Assembly: GCA_963692915.1 (NCBI GenBank) | Contig: OY843584.1 | Coordinates: 1,248,001-1,312,000, forward strand | From: Cenarchaeum sp. | GTDB lineage: Archaea > Thermoproteota > Nitrososphaeria > Nitrososphaerales > Nitrosopumilaceae | Direction: 5' to 3' | DNA: 64,000 nt | Shown: positions 1 through 9,160 of the stretch, one piece after another | Layout: every line of letters begins with the position of its first letter | Numbering within the stretch: the stretch's first letter is position 1 | Notes under the pieces: generated by a model | The model's input: only the letters and a program-made list of their open reading frames with translations | The model's database searches: none | Told to the model about the DNA's origin: nothing | Position numbers and translations under genes: made by a program

Positions 1-2
1 TT

Positions 3-848
3 CGCATGATCCCGTGCGGCTTTGTCAACAGGGAGACGCGCCTCGGGATAGGTCCCGGCGTGGTAGTCGACCCCGACGTCCTCCTGCGCGAGGTTCGCGA
101 GTTTGGCGCCGAGGGCAGGGTCGTCGTGGACTCGCGATGCGGTGTGATCGACGCGTCGCACCGCGAGGCCGACGCCGGAGGCCACCTGGCCGGCAAGATA
201 GGCAGCACGGGGTCAGGAACCGGACCGGCCAACGCCGAGCGCGCAATGCGCACGCTTCGACTGGCGCGCGACGAGCCCCGCCTAGAGGGCATCACCGGCG
301 ATGTTCCCCTGGAGCTCAACTCGGCGCTAGATGAGGGCAGAGACGTCCTCGTCGAGGGCACGCAGGGGACGTTTCTCTCGCTCTGGCACGGGACATACCC
401 CTTTGTCACCTCAAAGGACGTCACGGCTGCCGGCATATGCGCCGACGTCGGACTCGGGCCAAAACGCGTGGATGAGGTCATCGTCGCCTTCAAGGCGTAC
501 GTCACGCGTGTCGGATCCGGACCCCTCGAGGGCGAGCTTGGGGCCGAGGAGGCAAAGTCGCGCGGTTGGGCCGAGTTTGGCGCAGTCACGGGCAGGCCAC
601 GCAGGGCCGCCGAGTTTGACCATGCGCTAGCCAGGCGTGCAGTCATGCTCAACGGCGCCACGCAGCTTGCCATCACAAAGCTCGACGTCGTCTTTCCCGA
701 GTGCGCAGGCGTGAGCTCGTGGGATGGCCTCGCGCCCGAGGCGCGCGCATTCGTCGAGGGAATCGAGTCCTCCCTAGGCGTGCGCGTCACGCTCATGGGC
801 ACGGGTCCGGGCGCAGGCGATATCGTGGATCGTAGGGCTCACGCCTGA
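3..848 (+). CDS. purA: Adenylosuccinate synthetase (5'-truncated by window edge)
   Basis: KIGSTGSGTGPA, LVEGTQG, GTYPFVTS, AYVTRVGSGP, GAVTGRPRR and TKLD motifs. Confidence 0.96.
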   Translation, partial: RMIPCGFVNRETRLGIGPGVVVDPDVLLREVREFGAEGRVVVDSRCGVIDASHREADAGGHLAGKIGSTGSGTGPANAERAMRTLRLARDEPRLEGITGDVPLELNSALDEGRDVLVEGTQGTFLSLWHGTYPFVTSKDVTAAGICADVGLGPKRVDEVIVAFKAYVTRVGSGPLEGELGAEEAKSRGWAEFGAVTGRPRRAAEFDHALARRAVMLNGATQLAITKLDVVFPECAGVSSWDGLAPEARAFVEGIESSLGVRVTLMGTGPGAGDIVDRRAHA

Positions 849-888
849 CAGGGTAGGTTTAATTTGTCGCAATCTGCCATGCGCACGC

Positions 889-1572
889 ATGGCCACAACG
901 GCGAATGAGACGGACACAAAGCCACGCTATATCGAGGTTAGCTCACATCTCGAGTTCTCACGCATGGTCTGCGCGCTAGAGCGCGTGCCGCGAACCGTCT
1001 TTATGCACGAGCATGACGGCGCACAGGTTCTCTCTGTCCAGATGGACATACTCAACGAAAAACCCGTCATATACTATGTGCAGGCCGACAGAGGCGGCCA
1101 GTACATCTCGTACGGCATACGCGGCAACCGTGAAGAGTCGACCATGACGGACTCGGTCAGCGAGACTGGACGCATCTACTCGCCCATAGTCGGCATAAAG
1201 TCGCTCCCAAACAACCTTCGCGCAGGCAATGGGACTGCAGACAAGTACTTTCCGCTCGAGCTAGACGACCTGTCTAGCCTCGCAAAGCTGAGCTATGGCT
1301 TTGAGGACACGCCGTTTCCGCTCTTTGCGTTTCCGGCCAACGGCAAATGGCTAGTCGGCGTGTTCATGAACTTTAACGAGGACGGCCCATCGTACTTTTG
1401 CCATGTGGCCATGGACTCCGAGCCGGCAAAGCCATTCCTAAAGTACGCGACGTCCAACGGTTCAAAGCCCGAGCTCGTCGATGCGCCAAGTGACCACGGC
1501 TACTCGTACATCAAGATAATACGCCTAAAGGACACACACCCGCTAGTTGACTATGCGCAGCTTCAAAACTAG
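889..1572 (+). CDS. Hypothetical protein
   Basis: 227-aa ORF with host-like codon usage between purA and pyrF; no motif recognised. Confidence 0.8.
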   Translation: MATTANETDTKPRYIEVSSHLEFSRMVCALERVPRTVFMHEHDGAQVLSVQMDILNEKPVIYYVQADRGGQYISYGIRGNREESTMTDSVSETGRIYSPIVGIKSLPNNLRAGNGTADKYFPLELDDLSSLAKLSYGFEDTPFPLFAFPANGKWLVGVFMNFNEDGPSYFCHVAMDSEPAKPFLKYATSNGSKPELVDAPSDHGYSYIKIIRLKDTHPLVDYAQLQN

Positions 1573-2284
1573 GATGCGCGAGGCCGCGCGCGCAGCCGGT
1601 CCCCTTGTCCTTGCAGCAGATATCGTCGGTTCGCCCTCGCGAACCGTTGCGCGCATACAGGCCGCAACAAGACGCGTCGAGGGCAGCGCGTGTGCGATAA
1701 AGCTAAACATGCACGCGCTCCTCCCGCTAGGTGCAGCCGATGTTCGCGACATTGCGCGAACGGCTCACTCGCTAGGCATGCAGGCAATAGCAGACATAAA
1801 GCTCAACGACATTCCGGCTACAAACGAGGCTGCAGCATCGGCCCTCTGGTCAATGGGCATCGACGCGCTGATCGCAAATCCGGTCATGGGTCCGGCGAGC
1901 CTCGCGGCCCTTGCACGCGCGGCGCGGCGAGGGGGGCATGGCGTCATTGCGCTGGGTCACATGAGCGCGCCGGAGGCGCGCGCGACGTACGAGGCACGCA
2001 TCTCGCCTTCGCGACGCCTGTATCACGACTTTGTGCGTAGCGCCGCGCGCGCAGGCGTCGACGGGATCGTCGTTGGCGCGACATATCCGCGGATAATATC
2101 CGAGTGTGCGCGAATTGCGCGCGGCGTGCCGATATACTCTCCGGGCATCGGAGCCCAGGGCGGCAGCGCGCAGCGTGCGGCATCGGCCGGTACAGACTAT
2201 TTCATCGTGGGTCGCTCAATCCTGCAAGCGCGTGACGCGCGAGCCGAGGCCGCGCGCGTCTGCGCCCTCGTCAGCGCAGAGTAG
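1547..2284 (+). CDS. pyrF: Orotidine 5'-phosphate decarboxylase (start may be 1574)
   Basis: LVLAAD, AIKLN, DIKLNDIPAT (DxKxxDIxxT), SPGIGAQGG, IVGRSI. Confidence 0.93.
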   Translation: MTMRSFKTRMREAARAAGPLVLAADIVGSPSRTVARIQAATRRVEGSACAIKLNMHALLPLGAADVRDIARTAHSLGMQAIADIKLNDIPATNEAAASALWSMGIDALIANPVMGPASLAALARAARRGGHGVIALGHMSAPEARATYEARISPSRRLYHDFVRSAARAGVDGIVVGATYPRIISECARIARGVPIYSPGIGAQGGSAQRAASAGTDYFIVGRSILQARDARAEAARVCALVSAE

Positions 2285-2686
2285 GCGGTTTGCAGCCTCA
2301 AGGACACCGCGCGCATTCTCGTACGTGAGCGTATCCATCGCCTGCCCGTACTCTTCCCACGCGTGCGCCCTGTGCTCGTGTGAGAGGCGCACGCTCGAGG
2401 TGTTCGTGCGCGCAAGAAAGAACGAGACCCTCTTGCGTATAAAAACACCTTCGTGCATAAAGTTGTAGCGTATATCTTTTTGAAACCCCTCGACGAACTC
2501 GATATCTGATATTCCCGTCTCCTCGAGCGTCTCGCGCACGACGGTCTGACGATCGTCCTCACCGGCCTCAATCTTGCCCTTGACAAAGTCCCAGTGGTTT
2601 GTGGGATACAGGAGGAGCAAAAAGCGGCGCGCATCGCCATCCCCCGTGAATATGACTGCGCCTGCGGATCTCTGCGTTACTGCCAT
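2216..2686 (-). CDS. NUDIX hydrolase, Ap4A hydrolase-like
   Basis: HWDFVKGKIEAGEDDRQTVVRETLEETG Nudix box; LSHEH. Confidence 0.9.
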   Translation of the reverse strand: MAVTQRSAGAVIFTGDGDARRFLLLLYPTNHWDFVKGKIEAGEDDRQTVVRETLEETGISDIEFVEGFQKDIRYNFMHEGVFIRKRVSFFLARTNTSSVRLSHEHRAHAWEEYGQAMDTLTYENARGVLEAANRLLCADEGADARGLGSRVTRLQD

Positions 2687-2689
2687 TGC

Positions 2690-3478
2690 CTATCTCCCCC
2701 CTCGACGCTCACGGCTCTGGAATGTCCGTATCGCTCGCATCAGGTCTATCTTGCGAAACTCGGGCCAGAGTATGTCCATAAAGACTAGCTCGCTGTATGC
2801 GCTCTGCCATAGGAGAAAGCCGCTAAGCCTGCGCTCACCGGACGTGCGAAGGACGAGATCAGGTGCTGACTGCGGGAGGTGCGACGTGTAAAGGTTGGAC
2901 TCGATAACAGACTTGTCGATCGACGACGCATCAACGCTTCCGTCATCCACCCCGCGCGCTATCTTTTTGACCGCATCGACGAGCTCGTCCTGGCCGCCGT
3001 ATGCCAGCGCAATGTTGAGAAAGCGCCGATCGTATCCACGTGTGGCCTTTTCGAGCTTGTCGAGTGTGCGCGTGATCGACTCGGGCAGGAGGTCAAGCCT
3101 GCCCATTCCCGTGACGCGCATGCGGCGTCGGTGAAGGCGCGAGTCGCCAAGGAGCTTTTCTAGACGAGCGCCGATCAGCGTAAAGAGCTCGTCGACCTCC
3201 GAGTCGCCGCGGTCGAGGTTCTCGACTGAGAGCGCATAGAGCGTGATTATGCGGATGCCGAGCTCCTCGCACCAGTCAAGGAGGCGCTCGACGGCGTCTG
3301 CACCCATGCCGTGCGCATCGCCAGTGTGCGCATTTTTTTCCTTGGCCCACCGCCTGTTGCCGTCAAGTATGAGCGCAATGTGGCCGGGCATCGGCCTTTG
3401 GCTAATCTCGCGCTCGAGCCGCCGCGCGTAGAGGCCGTACAGGCCTCCTGCCCGCAGGAGCACATCCCTTAATGTCAA
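2690..3478 (-). CDS. uppS: cis-Polyprenyl (undecaprenyl) diphosphate synthase
   Basis: HIALILDGNRRWA, YALSVENL, LRTSGERRLSGFLLWQSAYSEL. Confidence 0.95.
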   Translation of the reverse strand: MTLRDVLLRAGGLYGLYARRLEREISQRPMPGHIALILDGNRRWAKEKNAHTGDAHGMGADAVERLLDWCEELGIRIITLYALSVENLDRGDSEVDELFTLIGARLEKLLGDSRLHRRRMRVTGMGRLDLLPESITRTLDKLEKATRGYDRRFLNIALAYGGQDELVDAVKKIARGVDDGSVDASSIDKSVIESNLYTSHLPQSAPDLVLRTSGERRLSGFLLWQSAYSELVFMDILWPEFRKIDLMRAIRTFQSRERRGGR

Positions 3479-3717
3479 CGCGTGCGCGTATGGACGGCAG
3501 TATTATGTGCCTTTGCGGTGACTGGTGGACGCTCATAAAGCCGATAGTGCGCCCTAGAAGGGCATGGGCGCCTCTGGCATGCCCAGGGCATGGATTCCAG
3601 GAATGGTGGACTGCCGATGTGTTTGTCCGGATGACAAAGCCCCATGTTCAGGACGCCGGAGCCACACATGCGCCTAGGCAGCTATTGTAATATTAGAGGC
3701 AATGCGCGGGCTGTCCA

Positions 3718-4545
3718 ATGACAGCAGCAAGCATGCAAGAGGCACGTCAGCAAGAGTTGTCAGACATGAAAAGGCCGATTGAGACGAATAGCATTTATCA
3801 CGGCGACTGCATGGATGTAATGAAGGCCATTCCCGATGAGACAATAGGCACAATAGTCACATCACCCCCATACAACATCAAAAATTCCACAGGGAACGGG
3901 CTAAAAAATTCGAACGGCGGCAAGTGGCCCAATGCCGCACTTCAGAACGGGTATGTGGAGCACAATGACTCGATGTCACACCAGGAATACGTGGGATGGC
4001 AGCGTGAATGCATTTCCGAGATGATGCGCGTTTTAAAGCAGGACGGGGTGATCTTTTACAACCACAAGTGGCGCGTGCAAAATGGAATAATGCAGGGTCG
4101 AGAGGAGATCATAAGGGATTTTCCAGTCAGGCAGATAATAATTTGGCAGAGAGATGGAGGAATAAACTTCAATCCCGGGTATTTTTTGCCCACGTATGAG
4201 GTGATCTATATGATCACAAAACCAAAATTCAAGCTAGTACCCAAGGCAAACAAGATTGGAGACGTGTGGAGAATATCCCAAGAGAGGAACAATCCCCACC
4301 CGGCTCCATTTCCCGTACAGCTGGCGAAAAATTGCATACTTGCCACGGACAATGGGATCGTGATGGATCCATTTTTGGGATCAGGGACGACAGCTATTGC
4401 GGCAAAGACATGTGATCGCGAGTGGATCGGAATTGAGCAATCAAGAGAGTATTGCACGCTAGCAAAACGGAGAATTGGAGAAACATCAACCATAAAACAA
4501 GCATCGTCCAAAGAAATCAACATAATCACGTTGGGAGAAGGTTAA
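3718..4545 (+). CDS. Orphan DNA methyltransferase, N4-C/N6-A beta class
   Basis: TSPPY catalytic motif precedes HPAPFP and DPFLGSGTT SAM motif; visibly more AT-rich than flanks. Confidence 0.92.
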   Translation: MTAASMQEARQQELSDMKRPIETNSIYHGDCMDVMKAIPDETIGTIVTSPPYNIKNSTGNGLKNSNGGKWPNAALQNGYVEHNDSMSHQEYVGWQRECISEMMRVLKQDGVIFYNHKWRVQNGIMQGREEIIRDFPVRQIIIWQRDGGINFNPGYFLPTYEVIYMITKPKFKLVPKANKIGDVWRISQERNNPHPAPFPVQLAKNCILATDNGIVMDPFLGSGTTAIAAKTCDREWIGIEQSREYCTLAKRRIGETSTIKQASSKEINIITLGEG

Positions 4546-4694
4546 GGCGCGGAGCGAATGGGATGCATATTGGTCAGTGCAAGAGCCCGTATCACATAAC
4601 CCGGTAGGCCATGTTCATAGATCTCTCGATCCCGTCGAACAGCCGTGATGCCCCGGTCAGAAGCAGGATGCGCCCGCGTACGCTAGGCGCCGCA

Positions 4695-5840
4695 CTATGT
4701 GCTCTCAACGGTGGTCTCGGCGCCGTCGTCGTGCTGCCTTTTGTAGCGCCTAAAGAGCACAAAGGCCGCAGCTAGCGTGACGCCTAGGCCGGCTAGGAGC
4801 GGGGGGACGAGCGTAAACTCGCTCTCGCCGTTGGCAAGTATGCTCGTAAACTGGGCTAGCGTCGGATAGATCGCGGCGAGGGCGATGATCCGCAAGATGT
4901 CGCCGATCTCGCGGCGCGCGCCAGCAAAGAGGTGGCTGAGCATCATGCCTCCCAGCATGACGCCGATCCCTATCCAGAGTATCGGCAGAGCGCCGGCCAT
5001 GAACTGCCCTGCTGAGACGCGATCCACGATAATGCTGCCAAGCTCGGCACCCTCGACAGGGTCCACAGTCGATATGCCCGCCGGAATCGAGGCGATCATC
5101 AGGACTATGCCGGTGACCATCGTGAAGAGGCGCACGAGTGCTGCGGGTTCGGGTTTTGTCCAGTTGATCCACGCCTTGTCTATGTCAAACGCGCGCGTTA
5201 TTAGCGCGCCGGCGAGTATGATGACGAGAACCGAGACTATCTCCGTGGCGTATCCGAGAACAGTCGCGATGCCCCCTATGAGGAGGAGCACGCCGGGCAC
5301 GCCAAGAAAGAACTTTGAGTAGCGCGCATCATACATTACCATCTTTAGGTACTTGCCAAACACTGCATACGAGTGCTCGATCGTGTGGCTCACCTTCATC
5401 ACGACGCGCTGCACGGACACCACGGGCACGAGGTTCTGTATTACGGGAATGACGGCCTCGTCGTCTTCCCCGTCAGAGACGATTACGGCTCCCGTTGCCG
5501 AGAACTTTTCTAGAACGGCGCGAGTCTCGGCGACTATCTTTTCATCAGCACGCAGACCGCGCCGGCTCTCGCCGGCAATGACTGTGACCTCGGCACTGTA
5601 CCCGCGGCTCACGAGATCCTCGTATGACTTTATCGCTGAAAAGATCGCATTAGAGTCAGCATCCTCGGGATCCTCAAGCGCAAGGCGCTGTGCGGCCTCT
5701 AGGCACGCGTCACGGCCTACGACGGGCGTTTCGATTCCGGCCTTGTCGCCAATGTCATTGTCACGATCAACGCATATGACTAGTATCCTGCTCGACTCCG
5801 AGGCGCCCATCTTGCGCATCTTGTCCATCTCCTGTGTCAT
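4695..5840 (-). CDS. DUF373 family archaeal membrane protein
   Basis: LVICVDRDNDIGDKAG, DPEDADSN, VSDGEDDE followed by multiple TM helices. Confidence 0.88.
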   Translation of the reverse strand: MTQEMDKMRKMGASESSRILVICVDRDNDIGDKAGIETPVVGRDACLEAAQRLALEDPEDADSNAIFSAIKSYEDLVSRGYSAEVTVIAGESRRGLRADEKIVAETRAVLEKFSATGAVIVSDGEDDEAVIPVIQNLVPVVSVQRVVMKVSHTIEHSYAVFGKYLKMVMYDARYSKFFLGVPGVLLLIGGIATVLGYATEIVSVLVIILAGALITRAFDIDKAWINWTKPEPAALVRLFTMVTGIVLMIASIPAGISTVDPVEGAELGSIIVDRVSAGQFMAGALPILWIGIGVMLGGMMLSHLFAGARREIGDILRIIALAAIYPTLAQFTSILANGESEFTLVPPLLAGLGVTLAAAFVLFRRYKRQHDDGAETTVEST

Positions 5841-5912
5841 GCCAGGCCATTGATCCTATCGCCTTATAATAATTCGCACCCGTTACCGTGTAGGACACGT
5901 GGTTTTTGGGCT

Positions 5913-6404
5913 CTATGGGCGGGCACGAATCGACTCGTCGGCCATTGCCTCCGAGGCTCGCAGCGCGTCCTCGAGGCGCTGCGTGTCAGGGGCCACTTCG
6001 CCAGACTCGACTAGCTTTGCGATTACGATCGACTCGGCAATGTACGAGTCGAGCGCGCGCAGCGACTCGACGGCTGCGCCATAGCTGGTGTGCCACTCTT
6101 CGGGCGGATCGGCACGCAGGAGACCGGCGACTTGCGACTTTGCGATGACGGCAGACTCGCGCGCATGCTCGGCATACTCGTCTGCCCCGATCGTGCCGGC
6201 CATGACATCATCGAGGAGCTCCGAGACTCCGGCGGCGAGGGCCACACGACGATCGTCTATGCCGTCAAGGTTTGCGGTATGGTCGGATATGACGACGGTC
6301 CCGCCGGGAACCCCCTGCGGGACAAGCCATATCGCAAAGGACGCCGCCGTCACAAGTACGAGCATTCCGGCCGTCACGGCGAGTCCCCTTTTTGAGGCCA
6401 TCAT
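5913..6404 (-). CDS. Membrane-anchored hypothetical protein
   Basis: N-terminal KRG plus hydrophobic helix; helical acidic body. Confidence 0.7.
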   Translation of the reverse strand: MMASKRGLAVTAGMLVLVTAASFAIWLVPQGVPGGTVVISDHTANLDGIDDRRVALAAGVSELLDDVMAGTIGADEYAEHARESAVIAKSQVAGLLRADPPEEWHTSYGAAVESLRALDSYIAESIVIAKLVESGEVAPDTQRLEDALRASEAMADESIRARP

Positions 6405-6544
6405 GGCCGGTTCTAGAGCAGAAGCTTATAACTGATCGCCGGGATTGGCTTGATTCGAGCCTATGCGCGATCACGCCTCTAGCACGTAGTTAAATAATCT
6501 TAACACATTCTTTCTAAATATCACCATGCGGACGTTTTGCTGCA

Positions 6545-6688
6545 ATGGCACAGGCATACTGCGTAAAGTGCAGAGAGAAGCGGGAGATAAAGAACCCCAA
6601 AGAGACCAAGCTAAAGAACGGAAGGCCAGCAGTCAAGGGCACATGCCCGACTTGCGGAACCAACGTCTTTCGCATAGGCAAGCCCTAG
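6545..6688 (+). CDS. Small zinc-ribbon protein (DUF5679-like), not in ORF track
   Basis: Manual translation MAQAYCVKCREKREIKNPKETKLKNGRPAVKGTCPTCGTNVFRIGKP; two CxxC. Confidence 0.88.
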   Translation: MAQAYCVKCREKREIKNPKETKLKNGRPAVKGTCPTCGTNVFRIGKP

Positions 6689-6754
6689 TGAGACGTCCAA
6701 TACGCTCGCGCAAGGCACAATCCAATTATAGGGAGTCCTGCGCGCGCGCCGTCG

Positions 6755-7177
6755 ATGGCAAGGGACGACTATGTTGCGCTGCTCGATCGCATACGCGACG
6801 GCCTCTCCGATGAGGCACGGCAGGAGGCCGCACGCCTCGAGCTGCCCCCCGTGGATGTCATGTGGGAGGGCCAAAAGACGTTCCTGCGCAACTTTGCCGA
6901 TTTCCCCAAGGTCCTGAGGCGCGAGCCCGAAAAGATACTCCAGTACCTCGCAAAGGAATTCGCCGTGCCGGCCGAGAGGATGGGCGAGAAGGCCATGTTT
7001 GTGGGCAAGCGTGACCCTGACGATTTCACGCGCCTCTTCAAGATATACCTGCAAGAGTATGTCGTGTGCCCCACGTGCAGCAGCCCGGACACGCGCGTGA
7101 CAAAGGAGAACAGGATATCGTTTCTCGTCTGCGAGGCATGCGGCGCAAAGTCCACGTTAAAGGGCAAGTACGCATGA
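6755..7177 (+). CDS. eif2b: Translation initiation factor aIF-2 beta subunit
   Basis: YxxLLDR N-terminus, LRNF, YVVCPTCSSPDT...CEACGA zinc ribbon. Confidence 0.93.
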   Translation: MARDDYVALLDRIRDGLSDEARQEAARLELPPVDVMWEGQKTFLRNFADFPKVLRREPEKILQYLAKEFAVPAERMGEKAMFVGKRDPDDFTRLFKIYLQEYVVCPTCSSPDTRVTKENRISFLVCEACGAKSTLKGKYA

Positions 7178-7470
7178 GTTCCTTCTCCGTAAAGACCGGC
7201 GGGCACGAGGGAAACGCCATCCTCAACATCTGTGATGATGACCTCCTCGGCAGGAGCATAACTGACGGGGCGCGAACCATAGAGATCGGCGGGTACTATC
7301 GTGACAGGCTCGTCGACCGCGAGGAGGCCGCGAGGCTCCTCGTCGAGTCGCAGATAATCAACATGGTCGGCGAGCGGACCGTCAGGCTCGCCCTCGAGCT
7401 CGAGGTTGGCGCCGAGGACGGGATCAGGAGGATAGACGGCGTGCCGTTTCTGCTCGTCTTCAAAATATGA
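7174..7470 (+). CDS. DUF424 family protein
   Basis: ATGA overlap with aIF-2beta stop; LNICDDDLLG, INMVGE, IDGVP. Confidence 0.88.
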   Translation: MSSFSVKTGGHEGNAILNICDDDLLGRSITDGARTIEIGGYYRDRLVDREEAARLLVESQIINMVGERTVRLALELEVGAEDGIRRIDGVPFLLVFKI

Positions 7471-7509
7471 GGCACACAGATATATACAAAATCCTATGGG
7501 GCCGATCCC

Positions 7510-7821
7510 ATGGGAAAGCGAAAGGTTCTCAACGAGAGTGCGCTAAAAGAGGTTCGGCTTCCGCAGGAGGGCGAGCTCCTAGGGCGCGTCATAAAGCTCC
7601 TGGGAAGTGACCAGGTTCTCGTAAAGTGCATGGACGGCATAACGAGAAGGGGACGCATACGCGGCAAGCTAAAGCGCCGCATATGGATACGCGACAATGA
7701 CATTGTCATAATTGCGCCGTGGGATTTCAAGGCGGACGAGCGCGGGGACATTGTGTGGAGATTTACGCTGCCGCAGGTTGACGGCCTCAAGAACAGCGGC
7801 CACCTGCCAAGGGACTTTTGA
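7510..7821 (+). CDS. eif1A: Translation initiation factor aIF-1A
   Basis: VKCMDGITRRGRIRGKLKRRIWIRDNDIVIIAPWDF...GDIVWR. Confidence 0.96.
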   Translation: MGKRKVLNESALKEVRLPQEGELLGRVIKLLGSDQVLVKCMDGITRRGRIRGKLKRRIWIRDNDIVIIAPWDFKADERGDIVWRFTLPQVDGLKNSGHLPRDF

Positions 7822-8600
7822 GTGACGTCGATGACACAACTGATGCGCTAGAGAGGCGCCTTGAGGGCATGCTTACGCCGCGGCAGGCACCGCGCGGCGA
7901 GGGCGGGTTCAAGGGACGAAAGGTCATTGGCGAGGTCTTTGACCGCTCGACGGTTCATGCGATATACGCGATGATCCGCGAGGGCACACTCTTGCGCGTC
8001 AACGGCACGGTCAGCGCCGGAAAGGAGTCAGTCGTGTTCTGGGCGACTGGCGGTGACGGCAGTGACGTTGCGCTAAAGGTCTACCTCGTGGCGACTGCGG
8101 GGTTTCGCCGGCGCGCCGCCTACGTCGATGGAGATCCGCGATTTGGGCGCGTGCGCGGCGGCACGCGCGCGATGGTCTACGCGTGGGCTCAAAAGGAGTT
8201 CAAGAATTTGTGTCGCGCGCGTGCGCGCGGAATTCGCGTTCCCTCTCCCATAGCGGTCAGCAAGAATGTCATGGCCATGGCATTTGTCGGCGAGGGCGGC
8301 GTGCCGGCCCGCACGCTCAACGCGGTTCGCGCGGGTCGTGCCGAGTACGAGGAGACAGTCAGGATCATCGAGTCGATGTGGCGCGATGCGGCCCTCGTCC
8401 ATGGCGACCTCTCCGGATACAACCTCTTTGGCACGAGCGAGGGCGTCATCGTCTTTGACCTCGGCTCGGCAGTCGACACGCGCCATCCGCGCGCGCTCGA
8501 GTTCCTCAAAAGAGATATTAACAATGTCACAAGCCTTTTTGTGAGGCACGGCCTAGAGGTCGAGAACCCCGCAGACGTGCTAGGAAGGATAACGCGATGA
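7818..8600 (+). CDS. rio1: RIO1-type serine protein kinase
   Basis: SAGKESVVF, ALKVY, WAQKEFKNL, LVHGDLSGYN, FDLGSAV, FLKRDI. Confidence 0.93.
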   Translation: MSDVDDTTDALERRLEGMLTPRQAPRGEGGFKGRKVIGEVFDRSTVHAIYAMIREGTLLRVNGTVSAGKESVVFWATGGDGSDVALKVYLVATAGFRRRAAYVDGDPRFGRVRGGTRAMVYAWAQKEFKNLCRARARGIRVPSPIAVSKNVMAMAFVGEGGVPARTLNAVRAGRAEYEETVRIIESMWRDAALVHGDLSGYNLFGTSEGVIVFDLGSAVDTRHPRALEFLKRDINNVTSLFVRHGLEVENPADVLGRITR

Positions 8601-9160
8601 GCTTTGAGAGGAGAGTAAGGATACCAGCAGCGCGGATCGGCTCACTAGTGGGTCGCTCTGGGAGCGCAAAGGCTAGCATCGAGAGCAGGTGCGGCGTGAG
8701 TGTCGAGATCGACGGCGATTCTGGCGAGGTCGTCATCCGTGGCAGCCTGACTGACGAAAAGTCCGATCCGTTTGGCGCATCAGAGATCGTCACGGCCGTC
8801 GGGAGGGGCTTTTCGGCCGAGGCGGCCATGCCCATAGCGAGCGGCCACTCCCTCCACGTCATGGACCTCAGAGACGTTGCGGGCAAGTCGCGCTCGCAGA
8901 TTGAAAGGATTAAAGGCAGAATAATTGGCGAGCGCGGCAGGGCGCGCAGAAATATGGAGGAGCTTAGCGGAACGCGAATATCCGTATACGGCAGGACAGT
9001 CTCGGTCATCGGCCCACCGGAGGGCATCAGGGAGGCAGTCGCTGCGATCGGCGCGCTCTGCTCGGGCAGCATGCACGCCTCAGTCTATCGCCGTCTAGAG
9101 GCCTCGCGCAGGCGCCAGAGGGCCGAGAAGGCGATACTGTGGGAAGATCAGCATGTCTAG
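8597..9160 (+). CDS. KH-domain rRNA-processing protein (Pno1/Dim2-like)
   Basis: Two KH GxxG motifs (IGSLVGRSG; GRIIGERG); conserved archaeal position after rio1. Confidence 0.92.
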   Translation: MSFERRVRIPAARIGSLVGRSGSAKASIESRCGVSVEIDGDSGEVVIRGSLTDEKSDPFGASEIVTAVGRGFSAEAAMPIASGHSLHVMDLRDVAGKSRSQIERIKGRIIGERGRARRNMEELSGTRISVYGRTVSVIGPPEGIREAVAAIGALCSGSMHASVYRRLEASRRRQRAEKAILWEDQHV

